Shown piece after piece: positions 23,911 through 32,999 of a stretch of DNA of 64,000 nucleotides. The stretch spans positions 2,753 through 66,752 of the forward strand of contig JAQVCT010000012.1 of assembly GCA_028689655.1 (NCBI GenBank), given 5' to 3'. The notes beneath the pieces are model-generated. The model saw only the letters and a program-made list of their open reading frames with translations, was not told where the DNA came from and ran no database searches. The translations under genes were made by a program, and so were the position numbers. The stretch is from Lachnospiraceae bacterium. Its GTDB lineage: Bacteria > Bacillota > Clostridia > Lachnospirales > Lachnospiraceae. The number at the start of each line of letters is the position of its first letter. Position 1 is the stretch's first letter.

Positions 23911-25467
23911 ATGGGTGAGAATAAGTGTAAAAACATGGCGAAGGTGATCATGATACAGGGAACAATGTCCAATGCAGGTAAGACCTTCCTCTGTGCAGGG
24001 CTATGCAGAATCCTAAAACAGGATGGGTACCGTGTGGCTCCTTTCAAATCCCAGAATATGGCACTGAATTCCTTTATCACCAAGGAAGGTTTGGAAATGG
24101 GCAGGGCACAGGTCATGCAGGCGGAGGCGGCAGGCGTGGAACCGGAGGTAGCCATGAATCCCATTCTCCTGAAACCCACCAGCAATATGGGTTCCCAGGT
24201 CATCGTCAATGGGGAAGTGCAGGGCAATATGATGGCAAAGGACTATTTCGCCCATAAAAAGAAATTATTGCCTACTATTCAAAAGGCCTATGACAGTCTG
24301 GCAGAACGATATGATGTAATCGTCATTGAGGGGGCGGGAAGCCCGGCGGAGATCAATCTGAAAAAGGATGATATCGTAAATATGGGAATGGCGAAGCTGG
24401 TGGATGCACCTGTGCTGCTAGTGGGAGATATCGATCGAGGCGGAGTCTTCGCACAGCTTTACGGCACTGTGGAATTACTGGAAGCTGAGGAACGGGAACG
24501 GATCAGGGGGCTCATCATCAATAAATTTCGCGGAGACAAAAGTATACTCGAGCCGGGACTTGCCATGCTGGAGGATAAATGTAAGATACCGGTGGTGGGA
24601 GTGATTCCCTATGAGAAGATTGACGTGGACGATGAGGACAGCCTTGCAGAACGCTTGCAGGAAGAGGAAGAAGAGCTGGAAAATAATAAAATAACAACTG
24701 TTATACGCATAAAAGTGATCAAACTTCCCAGAATCTCCAATTTTACGGACATGAATGCCTTGTCTATGATGGAGGGGGTATCGGTGTTCTATGTGGAGAA
24801 GGTGTCAGAGCTGGAAGGGGCGGACATGATCATCATTCCCGGCAGTAAGAATACCATCTCAGATCTATTGTGGATGAGACAGAATGGTCTGGAAGCCACC
24901 ATCAAGAAGGAAGCGGACAAAGGGACACTGATCTGGGGAATCTGTGGAGGATACCAGATGTTAGGCAGGAATCTTCTGGATCCCCTTCATGTGGAGAGCG
25001 ATACCACGGACCGCATAAAGGGGATGGGTCTGCTATCTGTGGATACTGTCATGGAGGAAGAAAAGGTAAGGACCAGAATCCAGGGAAGACTTCCACAGGA
25101 CATAACAGGCAATTATGGTGTGCTGTCAGAAGTTCCCTATGAGGGATACGAGATTCACATGGGATGTACACGGGCAGAGAAGGATGCGGACATCAGCAGT
25201 GAGAATCGGCTGTTTTCCTGGAAAAGAAACATCTTTGGTACTTATATTCACGGTATCTTTGACAAGGAGGAGATGCGGACAGCGATTTATAATATGATCG
25301 CAGAGCAGAAAGAACTTCCTGCCTACGGTGAGCGCGTGATGTCTATGGAGGAATATAAGAATCAGCAATATGATCTGCTGGCTGAAAATGTGAGAGAAAA
25401 CCTGGATATGCATCGAATCTATGAGATTATCGGACTCACATCTTCTAAAATGAGAGAGAAAGAATAA
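23911..25467 (+). CDS. cobQ: Cobyric acid synthase CobQ/CbiP
   Basis: IMIQGTMSNAGKT, EGAGSPAEINL, and a C-terminal GATase region ICGGYQMLG ... YIHG. Confidence 0.9.
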   Translation: MGENKCKNMAKVIMIQGTMSNAGKTFLCAGLCRILKQDGYRVAPFKSQNMALNSFITKEGLEMGRAQVMQAEAAGVEPEVAMNPILLKPTSNMGSQVIVNGEVQGNMMAKDYFAHKKKLLPTIQKAYDSLAERYDVIVIEGAGSPAEINLKKDDIVNMGMAKLVDAPVLLVGDIDRGGVFAQLYGTVELLEAEERERIRGLIINKFRGDKSILEPGLAMLEDKCKIPVVGVIPYEKIDVDDEDSLAERLQEEEEELENNKITTVIRIKVIKLPRISNFTDMNALSMMEGVSVFYVEKVSELEGADMIIIPGSKNTISDLLWMRQNGLEATIKKEADKGTLIWGICGGYQMLGRNLLDPLHVESDTTDRIKGMGLLSVDTVMEEEKVRTRIQGRLPQDITGNYGVLSEVPYEGYEIHMGCTRAEKDADISSENRLFSWKRNIFGTYIHGIFDKEEMRTAIYNMIAEQKELPAYGERVMSMEEYKNQQYDLLAENVRENLDMHRIYEIIGLTSSKMREKE

Positions 25468-25505
25468 AAATGAATCATAAAGCAGTAGAATCGTAAAAAC
25501 AGGAA

Positions 25506-25655
25506 TAACAGTTTAGAAAAGCAGAATAGAAAATGTAAGAATCACAATTCAGAAAAGTAGAATAGAAAATGTAAGAATCACAGTTTGGAAAAGCACAATA
25601 GAAAATGCAAGAATCACAATTTAGAAAAGCAGAATAGAAAATGTAAGAATCATAA
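25506..25655. repeat. 36-bp tandem repeat, about 4 copies (unit resembles tttagaaaagcagaatagaaaatgtaagaatcacaa)
   Basis: Unit starts at 25511, 25547, 25583 and 25619 with an exact 36-bp period and a few substitutions. Confidence 0.9.
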
Positions 25656-25748
25656 TTCGGACAGGCAGAGTAGAAGAATTATGGATAACAATGTAAAATA
25701 GTAATACAGGATACGTGACATTATGCAAATAACAAAACGAGGAAAATC

Positions 25749-26402
25749 ATGATTCAAAAAGACAAATATGGTCTGGAACAGGTGAGACCGGCAGAAATAG
25801 AAAAAAGAAGCTTTGAGATTATCACGGAAGAATTGCAGGGACGTACATTTCCCCAGGAACAGGAATCCATCATAAAGAGAGTGATCCACACCTCTGCAGA
25901 TTTTGAGTATGCGGATACCCTCTATTTCTCAGAGGGAGCGGTAGCATATGCTCTGGATGCTCTGCGCAGGGGTGCCTGCATCGTCAGTGACACCACCATG
26001 GTACAGTCGGGAATCCATAAGAAGACCCTGCATCGTCTGGGGGGAGAAGCCATCTGCTATATCGGGGATGAGGGAGTGGCTGCCCTGGCGAAGGAGAAGG
26101 GTGTCACTCGTTCTGCGGTGTCCATGGAAATGGCGGCAAAGCTGGATCGTCCATTGATCTTCGCCATTGGAAATGCCCCCACAGCGCTGGTACAGCTCTA
26201 TGAGATGATACAGAATGGAAAATTAAAGCCAGAATTAATTATTGGAGTTCCGGTGGGATTTGTGAATGTGGTGCAGTCCAAAGAACTCATTATGCAGACG
26301 GATGTGCCGGTCATCGTAGCCCGTGGCAGAAAGGGAGGCAGCAATATTGCCGCTGCCATCTGTAATGCACTGTTATATAAGATCGATAATGATAGAGAGT
26401 AG
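25749..26402 (+). CDS. cbiC: Cobalt-precorrin-8 methylmutase CbiC
   Basis: EIEKRSFEIITEEL, VIHTSADFEY, GNAPTAL and GVPVGFV are CbiC/CobH signatures. Confidence 0.85.
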   Translation: MIQKDKYGLEQVRPAEIEKRSFEIITEELQGRTFPQEQESIIKRVIHTSADFEYADTLYFSEGAVAYALDALRRGACIVSDTTMVQSGIHKKTLHRLGGEAICYIGDEGVAALAKEKGVTRSAVSMEMAAKLDRPLIFAIGNAPTALVQLYEMIQNGKLKPELIIGVPVGFVNVVQSKELIMQTDVPVIVARGRKGGSNIAAAICNALLYKIDNDRE

Positions 26403-26712
26403 TGAGCGGCTGGGAAGTCCTTGCTTTTTATAAAAAAGTTTTTTGACTTCGTGTAATTATGGGTTTTGGAGCAAATAAAACTTTAACAGGTGGCTTAGCC
26501 TTACAGATAAGTGAAACATACAAAGAGTTTATCGGTACAAGTGATATTTCTTCCGCTTTTATGACCCAGATAAACATATTATCGAAGGTGGAGGAAACAT
26601 GAAAATAGTATGCGAGCGTTTCTTAAATAGCGGAATGACACCAGAACAAGTTGCAGAACGCATGGACGTGCCTATGAAATTTATTAATGCCTGTATGAGA
26701 TATTGTTTGTAG

Positions 26713-26738
26713 AAGTCAATAATTACAAAGATAAATTT
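26713..26738. repeat. Left copy of a 26-bp direct repeat (aagtcaataattacaaagataaattt)
   Basis: Matches 28114-28139 at 24 of 26 positions. Confidence 0.8.
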
Positions 26739-26758
26739 TAAGTTAGGGGACTGGTACT

Positions 26759-27301
26759 ATGAAAGGATTTGAACGTAAAAACCAATTATTTTCTCTTTGC
26801 GGATTGAATTGCGGACTATGCCCTATGCTTTTGGGAAATTACTGTTGCGGTTGTGGAAATGGTAATCAATCATGTAGAATTGCGAAATGTAGTCTTGAAC
26901 ATGGAAAGATTGAATATTGCTATGAATGCAGACAATATCCATGCGAAAAATATCAACACATTGATGATTACGATTCTTTCATCACGCATAAACGACGAAA
27001 AGCAGATTTAGAAAGAGCAAAAAACATAGGTATTGAGCAATATAATCTTGAACAGCAGGAAAAAACACAAATTCTTTCTTACTTACTTTCTAACTATAAT
27101 GACGGGCGTAGAAAGACTTTCTTTTGTGTGGCAGTCAATTTATTAGAACTTTCAGAATTACAAGAAGCAATTAAACAAATACAATCCAATGACGAATTGT
27201 CCTTACTACCATTTAAGGCACAATGCTTGTATGTAGTGGAGGTGTTTCAGAAGATTGCTGAAAAAAGAAATATAAAACTGAAACTTATCAAGAAAAAGTG
27301 A
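26759..27301 (+). CDS. DUF3795-type cysteine-rich protein
   Basis: N-terminal CGLNCGLCPML..YCCGCG...C..AKC......YCYEC..YPCEKY cysteine pattern. Confidence 0.65.
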   Translation: MKGFERKNQLFSLCGLNCGLCPMLLGNYCCGCGNGNQSCRIAKCSLEHGKIEYCYECRQYPCEKYQHIDDYDSFITHKRRKADLERAKNIGIEQYNLEQQEKTQILSYLLSNYNDGRRKTFFCVAVNLLELSELQEAIKQIQSNDELSLLPFKAQCLYVVEVFQKIAEKRNIKLKLIKKK

Positions 27302-27335
27302 TTTTAAATTTGAATTTGAAGGGAGTATGCAGGCT

Positions 27336-28097
27336 ATGGATAACTGGTTTACAATAGATAGAGTAGATGATAATACTTATATTATCAGTGAATATCGACA
27401 TTGGGAAGAAACGCATTGCTATTTATTAAATGGAAGCGAGCGAAGCCTGCTTATTGACACAGGACTTGGCATTTCAAACATATACGATGAAGTTATAAAA
27501 TTCACAAATAAGCCTATTACGGCAGTTGCAACACACATTCATTGGGACCATATTGGTGGACACCAATATTTTCCGGATTTTTATGTTCATGCTGGAGAAT
27601 TGGATTGGCTTAATGGAAAATTTCCCCTATCGATGGAAACAATCAGGAAAATGGTGATTGACCGCTGCGATTTACCCAATAACTTCAATGTAGATGATTA
27701 CAAGCTTTTTCAAGGGATGCCAACAAAAATTGTAGCAGACCATGATGTGATTGATCTTGGCGGACGGCAGATTGAAGTGCTGCATACGCCTGGACATTCA
27801 CCGGGGCATTTGTGCTTTTGGGAAAAAGACAAAGGGTATTTGTTTACTGGCGATTTGGTATATAAAGATATCCTGTTTGCATACTATCCTTCTACTGACC
27901 CTGAAGCATATCTTGCTTCATTGAAAAAGATTTCTGAATTGCCAGTAAAAAAAGTATTCCCTGCACATCATTCATTGGATATACAGCCGGAAATTTTAAT
28001 CCGTATGCGAAAAGCATTTGAGGAACTTAAAGAAGATGGGAAACTCTGTCATGGCAGTGGCACATTTAATTATGACGATTGGGGCGTTTGGTTATAA
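27336..28097 (+). CDS. MBL-fold metallo-hydrolase
   Basis: HIHWDHIGG (HxHxDH motif) and HTPGHSPGH. ATG 27336 is better spaced from GAAGGGAG than ATG 27327. Confidence 0.8.
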   Translation: MDNWFTIDRVDDNTYIISEYRHWEETHCYLLNGSERSLLIDTGLGISNIYDEVIKFTNKPITAVATHIHWDHIGGHQYFPDFYVHAGELDWLNGKFPLSMETIRKMVIDRCDLPNNFNVDDYKLFQGMPTKIVADHDVIDLGGRQIEVLHTPGHSPGHLCFWEKDKGYLFTGDLVYKDILFAYYPSTDPEAYLASLKKISELPVKKVFPAHHSLDIQPEILIRMRKAFEELKEDGKLCHGSGTFNYDDWGVWL

Positions 28098-28355
28098 AAA
28101 TCCCATTTTGTAAAAGTCAATAAATGCAAAGATAAATTTGTATCTGAAGAAGTTACTATACTTGGTATAGCTTTGGATAATCCTATGTATATTTCAGAAG
28201 AAAAACAACGATATGATGTAGGTATCGTTATTTTGGACAAAGAGAGTATCTATGATTTACCTGTTCGTAATATTGCTAGTGGTCGCTACGCTATATTTGA
28301 AGTTGAGCCTACTGAGGAATGTGTATCAGATTTTTGGAGTAAGCTTTTAATCTAA
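28098..28355 (+). pseudogene. C-terminal fragment of a GyrI-like / AraC-effector-binding-domain protein
   Basis: The frame is open immediately after the MBL stop. ILGIALDNP...RYDVGIVI...SGRYAIFEV resembles the second half of a GyrI-like domain. There is no plausible full-length N-terminus. Confidence 0.4.
28114..28139. repeat. Right copy of the 26-bp direct repeat (aagtcaataaatgcaaagataaattt)
   Basis: It lies in frame inside the truncated GyrI-like reading frame. Confidence 0.8.
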
Positions 28356-29363
28356 AAAGGCAACGGATTGACGCTCTATGATCTCCACATCCAGCATAAC
28401 GGTGGTCTTCTCCACCGTTCCTTTCTCCAGCTTTTCCAATAGAAGAGCCACGGCGCGCTCTGCCTTTGCAGTGATGTGCTGTGACACGGTGGTGAGCTTT
28501 GGCGTGGTGTAGCGGCACAGATCCAGATTATCGAAACCGATGACGGACAGATCAGAGGGAATCCGTAGTCCACCCAGTCTGGCCCCTTCCATGATTCCAA
28601 TGGAGCAGATATCAGCGGTGGACATGGCGGCAGTCACGGGATCTGTGCGCTCTGCCAGTTGTTTTCCTGTCTGGATACCATCTTCATAGGTAGGAGCATT
28701 GAAGTAGACCCAGTCTTCCTGAAATCTAATCCTGCTCTCTGTGAGAGCGTCCCGATATCCCCGATAACGTTCCAACAGAATAACACTGTCACGATAGTCT
28801 GCAACAAAGGCTATTTTTTTATGTCCATGATTGATGAGATACTTTGCAGCGATGTAACCGCCCTTATAATCGTCCGTCTTTACGTTCATAATGGAACGAT
28901 TGTCTGAACGACTGTCGAAGAATACAAGAGGAAAATCATTTTCCGAGAGCAGAGAGTCAATCATTGTCTCGAAGGATGGAATCAAAAAGAGTGCTCCGGC
29001 GACATTCCAGTTCTTCAGCAACCGGGTGATATCCCCCTTTGTACCAACGGATCGAATGATAACGTAATAGCCATATTCACGAAGCTTTTTTTCCATGACA
29101 CCGATCATGGTACTGATATAAGGGTTCTCAAAAAAGTTAATATCATTTTCGGTTTCCCCAAAGGGAACGATGACAGCCACCAGATTGGAGCTTTTGGCGG
29201 TGAGACTTTTTGCGGTGAGATTCGGGACATAGTGATATTTATTTACGATGGCCATTACTTTTTCAATGGTTGCAGAGGAGACTTTGTCATGCTTGCCATT
29301 CACTACGTTGGAGACAGTCATGACACTGACATGTGCTTCTGCTGCGATATCTTTTAAAGTCAT
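28347..29363 (-). CDS. LacI-family transcriptional regulator
   Basis: MTLKDIAAEAHVSVMTVSNVVNG is the helix-turn-helix (HTH) region. It is followed by a periplasmic-binding-protein-like sugar-binding core. The longer ORF back to 29507 is AT-rich and hydrophobic and was ignored. Confidence 0.85.
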   Translation of the reverse strand: MTLKDIAAEAHVSVMTVSNVVNGKHDKVSSATIEKVMAIVNKYHYVPNLTAKSLTAKSSNLVAVIVPFGETENDINFFENPYISTMIGVMEKKLREYGYYVIIRSVGTKGDITRLLKNWNVAGALFLIPSFETMIDSLLSENDFPLVFFDSRSDNRSIMNVKTDDYKGGYIAAKYLINHGHKKIAFVADYRDSVILLERYRGYRDALTESRIRFQEDWVYFNAPTYEDGIQTGKQLAERTDPVTAAMSTADICSIGIMEGARLGGLRIPSDLSVIGFDNLDLCRYTTPKLTTVSQHITAKAERAVALLLEKLEKGTVEKTTVMLDVEIIERQSVAFLD

Positions 29364-29583
29364 ATGAGAATACCTTTTCTTTCTTATCATAATAATCATA
29401 CTTATCATGTATATCATACTTGTCATATAAAGTTTAACGATATAATATATTATAAGTGTACCGACTCCTAAATGCAATGAAAATGAAGAAAATGGGAAAA
29501 AATACATAATAAATTCGGAAAAAAACTTAAAAAATAAGACAAAGTAATTGACATATGAAAATCCAAGTGGTATTTTATAATTA

Positions 29584-29597
29584 GTTTAACGTTAAAC
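29584..29597. promoter_or_regulatory. Candidate LacI-family operator
   Basis: Perfect 14-bp palindrome gtttaacgttaaac with a central CG. It lies between the divergent lacI-like gene and the sugar ABC operon, downstream of a TTGACA box at 29549. Confidence 0.5.
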
Positions 29598-29652
29598 CTT
29601 AAACGAGACGAAACAGAAAACGGTATAGCAAAACATTTTCAGGAGGGAAAAG

Positions 29653-31059
29653 ATGAGAAAGAGATTAGTAAGTATGTTACTGGCAGGATGCATGGTAGTG
29701 TCCTTATGTGGATGTGGCAAGACAGCGGCAGGAGATACAGCCACAGATACAACATCTACAGACAGCGGTACAGAAGAGGCGGCTACGGAAGAGGCAGCTG
29801 CGGTACCAGGGGAAGTGTTTGGAGATACAGTGCAGTATGATCCAAACGTACCCATTAACAACGGTGAAGATATTAAGATTGATTTCTGGGAGTGGGGCAG
29901 TGATGAATTGTTCCAGCAGATCGTGGATGGATACACGGCGATTCACCCTAATGTACAGATCGAGCTTGTGAATAACCCATGGGAAGATTACTGGACAAAG
30001 CTTCCACTGGCATTGGACGGTAAAGATGGCCCTGCAATCTTTAACATACATAATAGTTATCATCAGAATATCGTTAATTACTGTGCACCCTATGATATTC
30101 CTACGGAAGATCTGGAGAAAGATTTCAATGGTGTGGCAGCCCATGTGATCGACGGAAATGTTTACTATATTGATTATGGCATAATGACCGGCTCTGTTTA
30201 TTACAATAAGGATATGTGGGAAGCTGCCGGATTGACAGACGCTGATATTCCAAAAACCTGGGATGATATGATCGCGGTTGCAAAGAAACTGACCATCAAA
30301 GATGGCGATAATATCGTGCAGGCTGGATGGAGCTTCAACGATAATGTGAACAGCAATTATCTCATGGGTGTGAACTATCAGCTGGGACAGAATCTCTTTG
30401 ATACAGATAATAAGACCTGTGTGGTGGATAACGATGCAACGAAAAAAGTATTTCAGATGTTGATCGATGCATATGACAAAGAGGGTGTGGGATCCAAAGA
30501 TTTCGGAACCTCCGCAACAGACAGCTTCGGTCAGGGTCAGGCTGCTATGGCAATCGCCTGGGGCTGGTTCAATAACACCTTACAGAGTGATTATCCGGAC
30601 ATTAATTACGGCGTATTCGAGATTCCTACTTTTGACGGAGATCCTTATGCATATAACCGTTACAATGGCGAATCCACTTTTGGTATCAATAAAAATGCAG
30701 ATGAGAAACAGCAGGCAGTTGCACAGGATATCGTGAAATACTTCCTGGCAAATGATGAGTTACAGGTAAAATTCAACCTTGCCATGAACACGTTCCCAGC
30801 AAAAACTTCTCTTGCAGACAATGAAGAGATCCTGAGCAATAAAGCAATGGCTGCCATCGCAGATCATATTGACAAGTACATCTGGCCAGGCCCAGTTCCT
30901 GCAACCGTGGAAGATTCCCTTAAAATTGCAGCAGAGAATGTATTCTACAATGACATGAGCATAGATGAAGCTCTGAAGACAGCTCAGGATACCATTAACA
31001 ATGATTTGAAGTCCAAGAATTTTGAAGCGGTAGAATCTCTCTACAAATATGCAAAATAA
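29653..31059 (+). CDS. Carbohydrate ABC transporter substrate-binding lipoprotein (family 1 solute-binding protein)
   Basis: Lipobox VSLCGCGK, a Thr/Glu/Ala-rich tether, 468 aa, RBS AGGAGGGA. It is followed by two MalF/G-type permeases. Confidence 0.85.
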   Translation: MRKRLVSMLLAGCMVVSLCGCGKTAAGDTATDTTSTDSGTEEAATEEAAAVPGEVFGDTVQYDPNVPINNGEDIKIDFWEWGSDELFQQIVDGYTAIHPNVQIELVNNPWEDYWTKLPLALDGKDGPAIFNIHNSYHQNIVNYCAPYDIPTEDLEKDFNGVAAHVIDGNVYYIDYGIMTGSVYYNKDMWEAAGLTDADIPKTWDDMIAVAKKLTIKDGDNIVQAGWSFNDNVNSNYLMGVNYQLGQNLFDTDNKTCVVDNDATKKVFQMLIDAYDKEGVGSKDFGTSATDSFGQGQAAMAIAWGWFNNTLQSDYPDINYGVFEIPTFDGDPYAYNRYNGESTFGINKNADEKQQAVAQDIVKYFLANDELQVKFNLAMNTFPAKTSLADNEEILSNKAMAAIADHIDKYIWPGPVPATVEDSLKIAAENVFYNDMSIDEALKTAQDTINNDLKSKNFEAVESLYKYAK

Positions 31060-31133
31060 ATTCACAAAATCAGCTCATTCATGCAAGTATGATTCTCATA
31101 TTTTTATGAATTTGCCTGGCTCTGAATAATTAC
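31057..31133. repeat. Half copy of the MITE/REP-like element (corresponds to 8272-8349)
   Basis: taaattcacaaaatcagctcattcatgcaagtatgattctcatatttttatgaatttgcctggctctgaataattac aligns with the right half of the 8197-8349 element with few mismatches. Confidence 0.75.
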
Positions 31134-31152
31134 AATAAAAGAATAAACAGAA

Positions 31153-31190
31153 CAGCAGATACATTTGTTTCGTATAAAATGTATCTGCTG
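31153..31190. other. 13-bp-stem hairpin between the SBP and permease genes
   Basis: cagcagatacatt - 12 nt - aatgtatctgctg. There is no T-tract. It probably stabilises the mRNA 3' end or acts as a partial attenuator. Confidence 0.5.
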
Positions 31191-31207
31191 GTAAGAAAGG
31201 ACATGGA

Positions 31208-32086
31208 ATGTTTAAAAAACAACATGCACTTCAAAGCAAAAGTGAAATAGCGCTTCGCAATATTGTGGTCTCGGGAACACTTATTTTTTATCTTATATTT
31301 TTGATCGTTCCCATTGGAATAGCGTTGGTAGGAAGTTTTCACGAATGGAACCCGCTGGACGGTACATACCGTTTCTTAGGTTTGGAAAATTATATTAATA
31401 TTATGAAAAGTGGAGATTTCTGGAATTCAATATGGAATACAATCCTATTTTCGGTGGTGGTTATTTTCTTTCGCGTGGGACTGGGATTTCTCTGTGCTTA
31501 TGCGATTTTCTCATCACTGATTAAGTTTAAAGGTTTTTATAGAGCCATTTATTATATGCCTGTGGTCACTCCTATGATTGCAGTGGCATATGTCTGGAAA
31601 TTCATATACCATCCACAGATTGGGCTTCTGAATCATCTTCTGGGAACCCATGTGAACTGGCTAATGAATGCCAACACGGCACTGATCGCCATCATGGCAA
31701 TGACCATCTGGAAGGATTTTGGATATGCGGTGGTCATGTTCATGGCTGGACTTTATTCCCTGCCGGAGGATGCTATGGAGGCGGCGAAAGTGGATGGGTG
31801 CACGGGGGTACAGTTGTTGCGCTATGTGACATTGCCCTTATTGAAGCCCATGACATTATTTGTAGTGGTAACTTCCATCATCAATTATCTGCAGGCATAT
31901 GTGCAAGTCATGGTAATGACGGAAGGAGGACCTGGAAAGGCGACTTATCTATCCTCCTATATCATCTACAATGAAGCGTTCGTAAAATATAACTTTGGTT
32001 ATGCATCTGCGATGGCATTTATCCTGTTTGTAGTGACAGCAGTACTGACGGTGATCTCTTTCCGTGTGTCCGCAGACAAAGTTTAA
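31208..32086 (+). CDS. Carbohydrate ABC transporter permease (MalF/UgpA-like)
   Basis: Polytopic membrane protein with EAA loop EAAKVDGCTGVQLLRYVTLPLLKP. Confidence 0.85.
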   Translation: MFKKQHALQSKSEIALRNIVVSGTLIFYLIFLIVPIGIALVGSFHEWNPLDGTYRFLGLENYINIMKSGDFWNSIWNTILFSVVVIFFRVGLGFLCAYAIFSSLIKFKGFYRAIYYMPVVTPMIAVAYVWKFIYHPQIGLLNHLLGTHVNWLMNANTALIAIMAMTIWKDFGYAVVMFMAGLYSLPEDAMEAAKVDGCTGVQLLRYVTLPLLKPMTLFVVVTSIINYLQAYVQVMVMTEGGPGKATYLSSYIIYNEAFVKYNFGYASAMAFILFVVTAVLTVISFRVSADKV

Positions 32087-32101
32087 ATATGTCAGAAAGG
32101 C

Positions 32102-32935
32102 ATGGTATTGATCATGAAAAAGAAAATACAAAGTATTGTACTTAATATAATATTGATTTCCATTGGAATCGTCACGATGATTCCCTTTTTATGGATGGTG
32201 GCATCCTCCTTCAAGGCAAATAAGGAGATCACGGCTCTATATCAGACGTTTCTGCCAAAAGCGTTTACGCTGCAAAATTATGTGTCCATGAACAGTCATT
32301 TTAATTTTATGCGATTTTTTGCCAACAGTTTATTTATCACCATTACCTTGACGGTGATCGTAGTGTATAGCAGCACCATCTGCGGATTTGTGTTGGGTAA
32401 ATATCGTTTCCGTGGAAGAGAGTTATTATTTGGACTGATCCTGTCCACCATGATGATTCCCTGGTGTGTGACGATCATCCCCAAATATACCATGATCAAA
32501 GCCTTTGGATGGCTGAACAGCTACAAGGCATTGATCATTCCGGGACTTTTCAGTGGCTTTGGTATCTTCATGATGAAACAGCACATGGAGACCATTCCCG
32601 ATGAGATTCTGGAGGCGGCAAGAATCGATGGAGCCAATGAATTCTATATTTTCCATAAGATTGTATTACCCATGTCTAAAAATGGAATTGCAAGCATCGC
32701 CATCTTTCAGTTCCTCTGGACCTGGGAGGATTACCTTTGGCCGTATCTTGCCATCAGTGACCGCAATAAACAACTCCTGTCAGTGGGACTTCGCATGTTC
32801 AGTGGACAGTATGCCACAGATTTTGGAGCCATGTTTGCAGCGACGGCGATTTCCATTATTCCGGTACTGCTGACATATCTGATTTTCCAGAAGCAGTTTA
32901 TCGCAGGTATTGCGGCATCAGCGGTGAAGGGATAG
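32102..32935 (+). CDS. Carbohydrate ABC transporter permease (MalG/UgpE-like)
   Basis: Polytopic membrane protein with EAA loop EAARIDGANEFYIFHKIVLPMSKN. An alternative start lies at 32114. Confidence 0.85.
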   Translation: MVLIMKKKIQSIVLNIILISIGIVTMIPFLWMVASSFKANKEITALYQTFLPKAFTLQNYVSMNSHFNFMRFFANSLFITITLTVIVVYSSTICGFVLGKYRFRGRELLFGLILSTMMIPWCVTIIPKYTMIKAFGWLNSYKALIIPGLFSGFGIFMMKQHMETIPDEILEAARIDGANEFYIFHKIVLPMSKNGIASIAIFQFLWTWEDYLWPYLAISDRNKQLLSVGLRMFSGQYATDFGAMFAATAISIIPVLLTYLIFQKQFIAGIAASAVKG

Positions 32936-32999
32936 AAATGAATTGGAAAGATATCAATTCCGATAAAAGACGACCGTGTGGAAAAGGAGAAGAGGATAA

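Noticed and set aside
23547-24227. 226-aa minus-strand ORF spanning the cobD-cobQ junction
   Set aside because: It is antisense to two well-supported cob genes and crosses an A-rich spacer that yields a Phe/Leu-rich low-complexity translation. There is no RBS context.
29364-29507. 48-aa N-terminal extension of the LacI regulator
   Set aside because: The extension is hydrophobic, AT-rich promoter DNA. LacI-family proteins start directly at the HTH (MTLKDIA...).
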